DNA of 48,262 nucleotides from Prolixibacteraceae bacterium (GTDB lineage: Bacteria > Bacteroidota > Bacteroidia > Bacteroidales > Prolixibacteraceae), in assembly GCA_016938055.1 (NCBI GenBank), contig JAFGVJ010000142.1, forward strand, positions 1-48,262. The letters run 5' to 3'. Numbering within the stretch: the stretch's first letter is position 1; the number at the start of each line of letters is the position of its first letter. The notes beneath the pieces are model-generated. The model made no database searches. It had not been told where the DNA came from and worked only from the letters and a program-made list of their open reading frames with translations. The position numbers and the translations under genes are program-made. This document shows, piece after piece, positions 38,059 through 48,262 of the stretch.

Positions 38059-38865
38059 ATGGAGTTAAATCTCAACAATCCCCTGATCTTTCTTGACTTG
38101 GAAACCACAGGGATCAACGTTGCCTCAGATCGTATTGTCGAAATCGCCTTGTTGAAAGTCCATCCAGATGGAACTGAAGAAGAAAAGCTTTATCGGATCA
38201 ATCCGGAAATGCCCATTCCGCCCAAGGTGACCAACATACATGGTATTTCCGATGATGATGTGAAAGATGAACCTACTTTCAAGGAAGTGGCCAAAACCAT
38301 TGCAAAATTCATGGAGGGTTGTGACTTTGCAGGGTTTAACTCCAACCGATTTGACATTCCGCTGCTGGCCGAAGAATTTCTAAGAGCTGGAGTCGACATC
38401 GATCTGAAGAAAAGAAAGTTTGTGGATGTTCAGGCCATTTTTCATAAAATGGAAAAGCGCACCCTGGCGGCAGCTTACAAACTTTATTGCAACAAAGAAC
38501 TGGAAGACGCACACAGTGCCATGGCCGACACCAAAGCTACTTACGAAGTGCTGAAATCTCAACTCGACAAATACCACGAAACAGCCTACGAAGACAACAA
38601 CGGTCGTAAGACAATCCCCATTCAAAACGATATCAATAAGCTATCAGAATTCTCATCGTACGATCGGAATGTTGATTTCATGGGAAGAATAGTATACGAT
38701 GAAAACGGGGTTGAAATTTTTAATTTTGGCAAAAATAAGGGAATCCCGGTGGAACAAGTCCTGTTGGAACAACCCGGCTATTATGGCTGGATCATGAATG
38801 GTGACTTTCCCTTATATACCAAGAAAGTGCTCACCCAAATCAAACTCAGGGCATTTAACAAATAG
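38059..38865 (+). CDS. dnaQ: DNA polymerase III epsilon-like 3'-5' exonuclease
   Basis: DLETTG, GFNSNRFD and AHSAMAD motifs; C-terminal FNFGKNKG extension; directly after dnaN. Confidence 0.85.
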   Translation: MELNLNNPLIFLDLETTGINVASDRIVEIALLKVHPDGTEEEKLYRINPEMPIPPKVTNIHGISDDDVKDEPTFKEVAKTIAKFMEGCDFAGFNSNRFDIPLLAEEFLRAGVDIDLKKRKFVDVQAIFHKMEKRTLAAAYKLYCNKELEDAHSAMADTKATYEVLKSQLDKYHETAYEDNNGRKTIPIQNDINKLSEFSSYDRNVDFMGRIVYDENGVEIFNFGKNKGIPVEQVLLEQPGYYGWIMNGDFPLYTKKVLTQIKLRAFNK

Positions 38866-38888
38866 TTTTACTTGATTTTTATTTATCG

Positions 38889-39905
38889 ATGAACATTCTG
38901 GTCATTGGTTCAGGAGCAGTTGGAAGTATAGCCGCAGGAATTCTTAGTAAACAAGGATTCCATGTAGATCTTGCCTGTAAAAACAGTGAACTATCTGACC
39001 AAATAAATACCGATGGGCTGATTTTCAGCATTCGCCATCGTAAATACCTGTATTTCATACCGGCCTATGCCAGCGTTGAAGCCACTCCGGGCAACTACGA
39101 TTATGTGTTGCTCTCGACCAAAACCTTCGATATTGAACCACCCACCAGGGCCGTTCTTGAGAAATTGTCGCCTCAAGGCCTCATCGTTTCGATGCAGGAT
39201 GGTTATTGTGAAGAGAAACTTGCCCGTATTGCAGGCTCAAACCGGATTGTTGGAGCAGTAGTCAGTTGGGGTGCTACGCTTAGTAGTGATGGCATCGCTG
39301 CAATGACTTCGCCTGGCGAAATGATCATCGGGAAACTCGACGGGAGTGACGATCCCAGACTGGACAACCTTCAGTACCTGCTCAGTACTATCGGGTCGAC
39401 AAGGGTTGTTAAAAACATCAATGAACACATTTATTCCAAATTGATTATCAACTCCTGTGTTACAACATTGGGAGCAATTTCGGGATTGAAAGTAGGCGCG
39501 TTGATCACCGACCGAAACCTTCGCAACATCTTCATCAAAATTATTCGGGAGGCCATACTGATTGCCAATGCTTTGAATATCGAAATTCCCGACTTTGCCG
39601 GAAAACTCAACTATTATCGATTGGTGAAAGGGAATAACTGGTATTATCGTTTAAAACGTCATGCCAAGATCAGAATTTTTGGTCTGCGATACCGCAACAT
39701 CAAATCATCAGGCTTGCAATCGCTCGAAAGAGGCGAGAAAACCGAAACCAGCTTTTTAAATGGCTACCTGCTGACCAAAGCACGTGAATTGGGTGTTGAA
39801 TTGCCTGTGAATGAGCGTTTGGTGTCCATGATCCAGGAAATTGAAAACGGTACAAGAAAAATTTCCCCTTCGAACCTGAATGATCCTTTACTTCGAACAA
39901 TTTAA
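38889..39905 (+). CDS. panE: Ketopantoate reductase (PanE/ApbA family)
   Basis: GSGAVG Rossmann motif, catalytic Lys in YSKLIINS, and KTETSFLNG. Confidence 0.78.
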   Translation: MNILVIGSGAVGSIAAGILSKQGFHVDLACKNSELSDQINTDGLIFSIRHRKYLYFIPAYASVEATPGNYDYVLLSTKTFDIEPPTRAVLEKLSPQGLIVSMQDGYCEEKLARIAGSNRIVGAVVSWGATLSSDGIAAMTSPGEMIIGKLDGSDDPRLDNLQYLLSTIGSTRVVKNINEHIYSKLIINSCVTTLGAISGLKVGALITDRNLRNIFIKIIREAILIANALNIEIPDFAGKLNYYRLVKGNNWYYRLKRHAKIRIFGLRYRNIKSSGLQSLERGEKTETSFLNGYLLTKARELGVELPVNERLVSMIQEIENGTRKISPSNLNDPLLRTI

Positions 39906-41165
39906 AATGACAGTTTCGATGGCTTTCTCGCAAACCGGGCAAAACTTTCCGGCAACCCTTTCCTTCATCCAACAACTCATCACCGGACTATAAATTCCTT
40001 TGGGCTCATAGCCACCGCCCTCAAAAACCCCGACTTTACCTGAAAAAATTTCTTCACGAGGCGTGGGAACTGGTATTCCGGGTAAAAGCATGTGCTTCCA
40101 TTTCGCACCGAAATCAACCAAAGTTGTCAGGTTGGGTTCCCAGGGCTCTACCGTTTTGCTGTAATAGATTTCGTACGAGGTGGACGAAGTATAATATTCA
40201 TCACCAAGGCCAGCGAAACCATGGCCAAATTCATGACAAAAAACGAAGGGCGATTGCTCGTTATCGGAACTGCATACGCTCAGAAAATTGAACATGCCAC
40301 CACCTCCGTAACGATCGGTATTGACCAATAAATAAAGATGATCCCAGGCATAAGCGTCGATGGCATCGTAAATTGCCTTCATGTCGCTGGTAGTCAGGTA
40401 GCGGGGTGAATCAAAAGTATAGAAATGGGCATTAAAGGCCGTATTCCTGTAGATATTTTCACCGGGTACATCGGTTCCAGATTCCTGCGAAGGAACCTGA
40501 ATGGCTTGTACGTTAAAACGGTCGGCATAGCTTGCAAAGGGTTCAGCTTTGAAAAGTGAATCTGTCAGTCGGCTTGCATCGCTAAGGAACTTCACTTGCT
40601 CATCGACACGATAACCTTCAGCAAGAATTAGTATATCAATTTTTTCGTGCGGATGTCCATTGTTACGGAGGTATTTTGCAGGGTATTTTACCGGAGTTTC
40701 CTGAATCACAAAATAATCATCAACTTTGAGTGTATCGGTAAAAATCAGTTTCCACGAATTTTTCTCGTCCCTTTCGTTGATCAGTATTCGTACATCCTTT
40801 AAGGGAACAGGGAAAAACAAGGCTTGATAATACGAACGCTGTTTTGCAAAGGCTTCAGCAGTAGTTTGCCATTCCTGAAAAAGCGGACTAAATCCTTTTT
40901 GAAAAATCAATTCACCAGTGGCAAGATCAAAAAGTTGGTAAGCATAAGTGCCCAGATTTTGCGCATCGATCAGCTTGTTTGTTGGTCCACCCCACTGCGG
41001 TAATTTTTTACTTTGCTGGTGTACCACTTTTACGGAATGGGCATCTCCAACCAATTCATAATCGTAGCGAATGGTGCCACTGAAGTTAAAATTTGCATCT
41101 TGTGCATAAGCCATTGCTGAACCGATCGTTAACATCGCAAAAGCCATTAAATATTTGTATCTCAT
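39888..41165 (-). CDS. M64-family (IgA peptidase-like) metallopeptidase, secreted
   Basis: Signal peptide; LAEGY, YGGGG, HEFGHGFAGLGDEY, FEGGGY and FCPVC motifs. Confidence 0.9.
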   Translation of the reverse strand: MRYKYLMAFAMLTIGSAMAYAQDANFNFSGTIRYDYELVGDAHSVKVVHQQSKKLPQWGGPTNKLIDAQNLGTYAYQLFDLATGELIFQKGFSPLFQEWQTTAEAFAKQRSYYQALFFPVPLKDVRILINERDEKNSWKLIFTDTLKVDDYFVIQETPVKYPAKYLRNNGHPHEKIDILILAEGYRVDEQVKFLSDASRLTDSLFKAEPFASYADRFNVQAIQVPSQESGTDVPGENIYRNTAFNAHFYTFDSPRYLTTSDMKAIYDAIDAYAWDHLYLLVNTDRYGGGGMFNFLSVCSSDNEQSPFVFCHEFGHGFAGLGDEYYTSSTSYEIYYSKTVEPWEPNLTTLVDFGAKWKHMLLPGIPVPTPREEIFSGKVGVFEGGGYEPKGIYSPVMSCWMKERVAGKFCPVCEKAIETVILNCSK

Positions 41166-41255
41166 GGTATGAATCACTGACTCAAATTTGTTGGGCGTTT
41201 CTTTTTATTTAATTTTAGCAATTCCCGTTTTAAAGATCATGAAATATTTTTACAA

Positions 41256-42524
41256 ATGAAAAATATTGTACAAACCTTATTCGAGTGGCTCATCGATGAA
41301 AATGTGAACATGCTTTTGGCACAAAAACTTGCTACCCTCACAGGCGGTTTGCTGGTCATACTCATTGCCTTGATTTTGCTCTATTTATTTCGCAATATTT
41401 TTGTTCAAATGGCCCATCAGTTTGCCAAAAACACCAAAACTGAATGGGACGACATTTTATTGAAAAACAAATTCTTCATAGGTCTGGCCCATTTAGCGCC
41501 AGCCAGTTTCATCTATTTTTCTGTTGATTTTTCGACAGCCTTTTACCCGGCATGGGAGCTTATTATATTGAAATTTGGGAAAGTCTATTTTCTATTCACT
41601 TCAATTTTCATTCTGAATGCAGTACTGAGCTCCATCAATGACATCTACAACATCAGCTTTTCGCAATCGAAGGAAAGACCTCTAACCGGTTTTGTACAAC
41701 TCATCAAGATTTTCAGTTATTTTATTGGGCTGCTTATACTTATTTCAATTTTAACCAATCTCGATCTCAGCAACCTGTTCAAAGGATTGGGGGCAGCAGC
41801 AGCCATTTTGTTGTTGGTTTTCAAGGATACCATTCTTGGATTTGTTGCAAGCATTCAGATCAGCATGAACGACATGGTCAAGGTTGGCGATTGGATAACC
41901 ATGCCATCGAGAGGTGCTGACGGAACGGTGACTGAAATCAAATTGCACACGGTGAAGGTGCAAAACTGGGATAAAACCATTTCGATGATCCCCACCCATT
42001 CGTTGATTACCGAAACCTTTGTAAACTGGAAGGGCATGGAACAATCGGGAGGTCGCAGGATCAAACGATCCATCAACATCGACATGACTTCCGTCAAATT
42101 TTGCAGCCAGGAAATGTTGAGGAATTTTCAAAAGTTTGTGCTGATCAAAGAATATGTGATTAGCAAAGAACAGGAAATTGAAGCCTTCAATGCTTCGCTG
42201 AATATTTCACCCGAGGAGCATTATAACGGAAGGCGCCAAACAAACCTGGGTATTTTCAGAAAATACCTGGAGGCCTATTTGAGCAACAATCCAAACATCA
42301 ATACCGAAATGACGTTTCTGGTGCGTCACTTGCAACCTACCGAAACAGGCATCCCCATTGAAATTTATGTTTTTAGCAAAGATCAGCGTTGGGCTAACTA
42401 TGAAAGTATTCAGGCCGATATTTTTGACCATGTACTGGCAGTGCTCCCCGCATTTGAACTAAAAGTGTTCCAAAACCCCACTGGCAGCGACTTTCAACAA
42501 CTAATGAAACTTCAAAAACAGTAA
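41256..42524 (+). CDS. MscS-family mechanosensitive channel (YbdG/MscM-like)
   Basis: LLLVFKDTILGFVASIQ, GDWITMP, VQNWDKT, NWKGM..SGGRRIKRS and FQNPTG motifs. Confidence 0.92.
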   Translation: MKNIVQTLFEWLIDENVNMLLAQKLATLTGGLLVILIALILLYLFRNIFVQMAHQFAKNTKTEWDDILLKNKFFIGLAHLAPASFIYFSVDFSTAFYPAWELIILKFGKVYFLFTSIFILNAVLSSINDIYNISFSQSKERPLTGFVQLIKIFSYFIGLLILISILTNLDLSNLFKGLGAAAAILLLVFKDTILGFVASIQISMNDMVKVGDWITMPSRGADGTVTEIKLHTVKVQNWDKTISMIPTHSLITETFVNWKGMEQSGGRRIKRSINIDMTSVKFCSQEMLRNFQKFVLIKEYVISKEQEIEAFNASLNISPEEHYNGRRQTNLGIFRKYLEAYLSNNPNINTEMTFLVRHLQPTETGIPIEIYVFSKDQRWANYESIQADIFDHVLAVLPAFELKVFQNPTGSDFQQLMKLQKQ

Positions 42525-42606
42525 AATGTTTGGTCGAATGTTGTTCATTTCCTTTTTTTTATAGCTTTACAACTCGATAAAACAGTTAGAAGAGAGAGGA
42601 TAAAGG

Positions 42607-43674
42607 ATGCGCATTCGATTGTTATTATTGGTTTTGATTGCCCTATCATCAGTACAGGGTATCGCCAGGGAAACGGTAATCCGCAAGCTTACCAGTAATG
42701 TGGTGGTAGTAACACCCGGTAAAAAACAATTGCATACATTGGGATGGCCCAATGACATCATCAATTCAGTTGCCGTGAAAACCGGCAAAGGGTTGGTGTT
42801 GATCGACACACAAAACTCACCGGCCAATGCGCGCCTGATCAAAAATGCTGTTCAGGATAATTTTAACGATTCAACCTTTGTATACATCATCAATACCCAT
42901 GGTCATTCATGCCACTCGGGTGGAAACTGCATTTTTACAGAATCACAAATTGTAGCCCAGCAAAACAGCGAGGCCGAAATCAAAGATTACGATGACCTGT
43001 TTCTGGGTCAGACTGTTGAATTCCTTCGGAAGAAAATTTACCATAAAAGCAACGTGCTCGATACCATCAGCACCAGTGGTGTGCTTTCTGATTCAATCAA
43101 TCAGGCCATTGAACTTTATCGTTTTTATGAGAATGACCTGATCAACAACTACCATGCACGCTATGCCGATCTGACTTTTGATGAAACGATGACCCTGAAT
43201 GCCGGCGAAAAAACCATTCACTTGTACTACATGGGCAAGGGCCACGGCGATGCCGACATTGCAGTTTATATCCGTGACGAAAAAGTATTGTGTACCGGGA
43301 ATCTGTTTCACCTGGGTGCCTATGAGCATGAAACAATGCCCAGTTTTTATCAGTTCAGGGTCAACGAAATTGATCACTGGATTTCAACATTGGAAGAAAT
43401 CCTGAAACCAGAAAATGCCATCGATCATGTGATTTCAACCCATGGAAAGCATTCGTTTAAAAAAGAAAACCTGGAATTTATTCTGGACTATTGCAAAGCC
43501 GTTCGGAAAGAAGTAAAAAGGGCTAAATCTCAACAAATACCCATTGAAAGTGTACAGGAAATCACCATCTTCGAAGACTTGTTCAATCAATATCAAGGTA
43601 TAGTCCCCCTCAATAAGGAGGCCAGGGAAATGCATGCCCGCAATGTGGCCATCATTTGGAGAAACATCAAATAA
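42607..43674 (+). CDS. Secreted MBL-fold metallo-hydrolase with an atypical metal motif
   Basis: Signal peptide; LVLIDT, INTHGHSCHSGGN, KGH, TGNLF and STHG motifs. Confidence 0.8.
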   Translation: MRIRLLLLVLIALSSVQGIARETVIRKLTSNVVVVTPGKKQLHTLGWPNDIINSVAVKTGKGLVLIDTQNSPANARLIKNAVQDNFNDSTFVYIINTHGHSCHSGGNCIFTESQIVAQQNSEAEIKDYDDLFLGQTVEFLRKKIYHKSNVLDTISTSGVLSDSINQAIELYRFYENDLINNYHARYADLTFDETMTLNAGEKTIHLYYMGKGHGDADIAVYIRDEKVLCTGNLFHLGAYEHETMPSFYQFRVNEIDHWISTLEEILKPENAIDHVISTHGKHSFKKENLEFILDYCKAVRKEVKRAKSQQIPIESVQEITIFEDLFNQYQGIVPLNKEAREMHARNVAIIWRNIK

Positions 43675-43675
43675 A

Positions 43676-44449
43676 TCAGCGAAGAAACACCCATTCGTTG
43701 TCCGTAGAACGTTTACTGTCGAAATAATAACCTTCGGCATTAAAAGCTTTGAGATCATCGACCCGTTCGAGTTGATTTTCAATGATAAAACGGGCCATTA
43801 ATCCACGTGCCCTCTTGGCAAAAACTGTGACCATCGTAATTTTACCCTGGTGCTCCGAATAAAAATTTGGACTGACAACCCTGTTTTTGAAAACTTTAAC
43901 ATCCAATACTGATGCATATTCTTTGGATGCCAAATTCACCAGTACCGGATCACCGGGCGACGAGGCAATGGCTTTCTGAATGGCTTTCGAAACAGCAGCT
44001 TTCCAAAAATCGTAAAGGTTCCTATGGTTCTGAAAAGAAATTTTGCTTCCCATTTCCAATCGATATTCCTGAATCAGGTCCAGGGGGCGCAATACACCGT
44101 AAAGACCAGAAAGGATGCGCAGAACCTCCTGCGAATACTTTAATTCATCAATGGAAAAATCACCTGCGCCTAGCCCACGGTAGGCTTCACCGGTATAGGT
44201 TAGTATGGCCCGATGCGATTGTTTTGAATCATGATCTGCTGACCAGTTCCGATAACGTTGAAAATTTAAAGTTGCCAGAGACTTGCTCATTTTCATTGTT
44301 TCGGCCAGTTCTGCCTGATTCATTTTTTTCAATTCCCTGACTATTACTGATGCCTGCCTGATAAACTCAGGCAAAGTAGCCGGAAGATCACTATTTTCAG
44401 GAAGGGGAACAACCTTCATATCTTTGGCCGGAGATAAAATAGCGAGCAT
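43676..44449 (-). CDS. yaaA: Peroxide stress protein YaaA (UPF0246)
   Basis: ILSPAK, LSGLYGVLRPLD, YRLEMG, NLASKEY and AKRARGLMAR motifs. Confidence 0.95.
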   Translation of the reverse strand: MLAILSPAKDMKVVPLPENSDLPATLPEFIRQASVIVRELKKMNQAELAETMKMSKSLATLNFQRYRNWSADHDSKQSHRAILTYTGEAYRGLGAGDFSIDELKYSQEVLRILSGLYGVLRPLDLIQEYRLEMGSKISFQNHRNLYDFWKAAVSKAIQKAIASSPGDPVLVNLASKEYASVLDVKVFKNRVVSPNFYSEHQGKITMVTVFAKRARGLMARFIIENQLERVDDLKAFNAEGYYFDSKRSTDNEWVFLR

Positions 44450-44492
44450 ATGTTGTTGCTTATACGTTTAAAAATCTCAGATCAATTCTTAA

Positions 44493-45908
44493 CTATCTCA
44501 ACTTCTCCAGCAAAACTACATTTTCAACATGGTGAGTATGAGGAAACATATCGACCGGCTGAATACGGGTTACTGCATAATGGTCTTTCATCAATTCAAG
44601 GTCACGGGCCTGAGTAGCCGGATTACAGCTTACATAAACCACTTTCCCCGGGGCTGCATTCAGAATGGTTTCCACCACTTTGGGATCCATTCCTGCACGC
44701 GGAGGGTCGGTGATAATCACATCGGGGTGACCATGTTCGGTAATAAAATCATTGGTCAGCACCTGTTTCATATCCCCTGCAAAAAAGAGGGTATTCCCGA
44801 TACTGTTGAGTTCAGCATTAATTTTTGCATCGGCTATTGCTTCAGGAACATATTCAATGCCAATCACTTTTCGTGCGCTTCGGGCCACAAAATTGGCAAT
44901 GGTGCCGGTGCCGGTATATAAATCATACACAATTTCATTGCCAGTCAAGCCGGCAAATTCACGGGCCACTTTGTACAATTCATAGGCTTGTTCTGAGTTG
45001 GTTTGATAGAATGATTTTGGGCCAATCTTGAATTTCAGGCCTTCCATTTCTTCAAAAATATGGTCGCCACCTTGGTAAACCACAAACTCCTGATCGAGTA
45101 AAGTATCGTTGCCTTTCGTATTGATCACATACAACAACGATGAAATTTCGGGAAATCGGCTGGCAAGCATTTCCAGCAGGTTATTTCGTTGAACTTCATC
45201 ATCGCGGAAAAAGGAAACAATCACCATTATTTCGCCCGTGCTTGAAGTGCGGATAATCAGGTTCCGCAGAAAACCCTGTTGCATTTTAATGTCAAAGAAT
45301 TCGAGACTGTTTTCCAGTGCATGTTTTTTAACTGCATTCCTGATGGCATTTGAAGGTTCATCCTGAAGCCAGCACTTTTCTATATCGATGACCTTGTCGA
45401 ACAAGCCCGGTATGTGAAAACCCAATGCTCCCAGGGGTGCAATGGCTTCTTCAGAACTGATTTCTTCGGGAGTCAGCCAGCGCTTGTTGGAAAAGGTAAA
45501 TTCAAGCTTATTCCGGTAAAAAGTTGACTTAGCCGAACCTTTGATGGGAAGTATTTCGGGAAGTGTGAGTTTACCAATGCGAGAAAGCTGATCGGCTACT
45601 TGTTTTTGCTTGTAAAAAAGTTGTTTTTCGTAAGGAAGGTTTTGCCATTTGCATCCTCCGCAAACACCAAAATGGCTACAAAAAGCATCAACCCTGAGTG
45701 AAGAAGGCTTTATAGTGCGAATGACTCTCCCCTCGGCAAATTTCGATCGCTTTTTCGTGATTTGAACATCGACGATGTCTCCCGGAATGGCCAGGGGTAT
45801 AAAAACCACCAGTTCGTTCACACGGGCAATGGCTTTACCTTCGGCACCCACATCGATGATTTCCACACCTTCATAAACCGGTTTCTTCACTTTACTTCTT
45901 CGTCCCAT
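44493..45908 (-). CDS. rlmD: 23S rRNA (uracil-1939-C5)-methyltransferase
   Basis: TRAM domain, CSHFGVCGGC, YRNKLEF, SFYQTN, DPPRAG, YVSCNPAT and DMFPHT motifs; start moved to ATG 45908. Confidence 0.93.
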   Translation of the reverse strand: MGRRSKVKKPVYEGVEIIDVGAEGKAIARVNELVVFIPLAIPGDIVDVQITKKRSKFAEGRVIRTIKPSSLRVDAFCSHFGVCGGCKWQNLPYEKQLFYKQKQVADQLSRIGKLTLPEILPIKGSAKSTFYRNKLEFTFSNKRWLTPEEISSEEAIAPLGALGFHIPGLFDKVIDIEKCWLQDEPSNAIRNAVKKHALENSLEFFDIKMQQGFLRNLIIRTSSTGEIMVIVSFFRDDEVQRNNLLEMLASRFPEISSLLYVINTKGNDTLLDQEFVVYQGGDHIFEEMEGLKFKIGPKSFYQTNSEQAYELYKVAREFAGLTGNEIVYDLYTGTGTIANFVARSARKVIGIEYVPEAIADAKINAELNSIGNTLFFAGDMKQVLTNDFITEHGHPDVIITDPPRAGMDPKVVETILNAAPGKVVYVSCNPATQARDLELMKDHYAVTRIQPVDMFPHTHHVENVVLLEKLR

Positions 45909-45955
45909 GGTATTTTCTGATTTGGCCCCAAAAATAATCATATCTACCGGAACAG

Positions 45956-47860
45956 CTATTCCTGCCACTCCAGTTTTTGATCGAGTCGGACAAGTAGTCG
46001 CTGATTGTCCATTAACCACCTGATGACTTGCTGGTTGTGATCCTCATTGCCTTTCATTCTGTAAAAAAGTTCATGGTGCATCAAGGGCTGCTGAGCCAGT
46101 AGCTGTTTGATTTCATCGATGATCCGATCCAATTCGATATTACTGATTCCCAAACTGTTCATCGAAACACACACGTCGCACTCACCACATCGAACCGGAT
46201 ATTGTTCATCAAAATAATCGAGTAACAATTGGCTGCGGCATTTAGCTGTTGAGGTGGCATAATTCAACACGGCGCCCACCTGTTGTTCGTACAATTTACG
46301 GCGGGCAGCATAGTTTTCCCTGGAAATTTCCATGCGAGAGGCATCAATTCGTTCGCGGGTAAAAATGACGAAAGGTGTATCTTTTCTGGGGATGTAGTGG
46401 ATGATTTTGTGCTGATCGAGCGCATTGAGGTACTTGTAAACCACTTCGCGTGTGGTGCCTGAACGTTTGGCCAGCACTTCTTCATTAATGCCGGTGTATT
46501 CGGTAAACATACCGGTATAGGAACGCAGCAGTAATTTGATAAAATCGTCGAAAGCCTGATTGGCCACCTGGAATTTGTACAAATCATCGCGATTTACCCT
46601 GAAATGTACCACCGAAGGCCTGTTCAGTTCGTCGGTCAATTCAATGTACCCATCACGTTCCAGAATTTTTAGAGCACTGAATGTATAAATAATTGAGAAC
46701 TGGTAAACGCGGGCAAACTCCACCAGGTTAAAATCAAACGACATTCCCTTGCCAAAACCTACGGCTACTTTCAGGTAATTTCCAAGGGCCTGGTAAATGC
46801 GTTTGATCATTTCAATGGGTGGAAACTTTTCACCAATTCCCTTTTTCAAACGAACAGAATCGGTTTTATTATAAAGCAATACAGCCATGGCTTTCTCCCC
46901 ATCGCGCCCTGCCCTGCCCGCTTCCTGAAAATATGCTTCGACAGAATCGGGCAAATCGGCATGAATCACAAAACGCACATTGGGTTTATCAATGCCCATT
47001 CCAAAAGCATTGGTGGCAACCATGATTTTGCTTTTCCCACTCAACCAGGCTTCCTGGCGTATGTTACGGCTTTCGGCCGATAAACCTGCGTGGTAATAGG
47101 TGGCCGAAATCCCCTCCTTTTCAAGCATTTCGGCAATTTCTTTGGTTTTTTTCCGGCTACGGGTATAAACTATCCCGGCACTCTGGGTTTTTTTCAGCAT
47201 CCTGATGAGGTAAGCATTTTTATCTTCCTCGTGGCGTACTTTGTAAATAAGGTTGTCACGTTTGAAACTTTTCCGCAGAACATTTTTCCGGGTAAAATTT
47301 AACTTTTCCTGAATATCGTCCACAACTTTCCGGGTGGCAGTGGCCGTTAAAGCCATGATGTTGATCTGTGGAAAATACTGCCTGAATCGAGCAATTTGAA
47401 GATACGAGGGCCTGAAATCATAGCCCCACTGCGAAATACAATGAGCTTCGTCAACGGCAATGAGGTTCACATCCATTTGTTTCACCTGTTCGATAAAACG
47501 TTCCGACATCAGGCGTTCAGGTGAAAGATAAAGGAACTTATATTCACCCCATTTGGCATTGTCGAAGGCCACACGGATTTCTTCAGCCGTCATTCCTGAA
47601 TAAATGGCCAAAGCTTTGATGCCACGATGACGGAGGTTTTCCACCTGATCTTTCATCAGTGCAATCAAGGGAGTAATTACAATACAAATACCCGGCCTCG
47701 ATAAGGAAAAAACTTGAAAAGTGATGGATTTCCCACCACCCGTTGGCATCAGTCCAAGCGTATCCTTTTGTTGTGCCACCGATTCGATGATTTCCTCCTG
47801 TAAACCTCTGAATGAGGAATATCCCCAGTACTTCTGCAATATGTCGGTATAATTACTCAA
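45956..47860 (-). CDS. recQ: RecQ-family ATP-dependent DNA helicase
   Basis: MPTGGGKS, DEAHCISQWGYDFRP, ALTAT, QEAGRAGRDG and Zn-binding CR...CGECDVC motifs; TTG start. Confidence 0.93.
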   Translation of the reverse strand: MSNYTDILQKYWGYSSFRGLQEEIIESVAQQKDTLGLMPTGGGKSITFQVFSLSRPGICIVITPLIALMKDQVENLRHRGIKALAIYSGMTAEEIRVAFDNAKWGEYKFLYLSPERLMSERFIEQVKQMDVNLIAVDEAHCISQWGYDFRPSYLQIARFRQYFPQINIMALTATATRKVVDDIQEKLNFTRKNVLRKSFKRDNLIYKVRHEEDKNAYLIRMLKKTQSAGIVYTRSRKKTKEIAEMLEKEGISATYYHAGLSAESRNIRQEAWLSGKSKIMVATNAFGMGIDKPNVRFVIHADLPDSVEAYFQEAGRAGRDGEKAMAVLLYNKTDSVRLKKGIGEKFPPIEMIKRIYQALGNYLKVAVGFGKGMSFDFNLVEFARVYQFSIIYTFSALKILERDGYIELTDELNRPSVVHFRVNRDDLYKFQVANQAFDDFIKLLLRSYTGMFTEYTGINEEVLAKRSGTTREVVYKYLNALDQHKIIHYIPRKDTPFVIFTRERIDASRMEISRENYAARRKLYEQQVGAVLNYATSTAKCRSQLLLDYFDEQYPVRCGECDVCVSMNSLGISNIELDRIIDEIKQLLAQQPLMHHELFYRMKGNEDHNQQVIRWLMDNQRLLVRLDQKLEWQE

Positions 47861-47963
47861 AGAATTTCATGTTAGTTATGCTGAACTAAACTTACTACTT
47901 TTTGCCAAACACAGCATTGATTTCAAAGATTATTCACCATGCATTCAGCCGCATATTAGCTGA

Positions 47964-48262
<299 letters not shown>

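Overview
Gene-dense core-chromosome segment of a Bacteroidota bacterium. The evidence is TAnnTTTG -7 promoter boxes before many genes, a Bacteroidota-type long NusB, DUF3276, gldF/G next to dnaN, and a TonB-dependent receptor; a Marinilabiliales/Prolixibacteraceae-like host is only a guess. About 45 CDSs, mostly housekeeping (pepD, ltaE, nusB, yajC, coaE, folD, ffh, argS, typA, pabB, pabC, surE, lpxB, dnaN, dnaQ, panE, yaaA, rlmD, recQ, guaB), plus one tRNA-Arg(CCG). I found no integrase, transposase, CRISPR array or defence system. The best candidate for an uncharacterised system is at 22.6-27.4 kb: a sensor kinase and OmpR-family regulator sit upstream of three secreted proteins, two of them paralogous double jelly-roll proteins with no catalytic domain, and the operon promoter has four TGTCA-type repeats at an exact 10-bp period. 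Other notable signals: a Xer dif-like site with a 5-bp spacer, paired palindromes and a possible sRNA between ffh and argS, a GldF-GldG fusion, an MBL-fold protein with HxHxCH in place of HxHxDH, a BFD-like ferredoxin ending in a clamp-binding-like motif, and a probable pseudo-metalloprotease lipoprotein. All family calls come from motif recognition by eye, not database searches.
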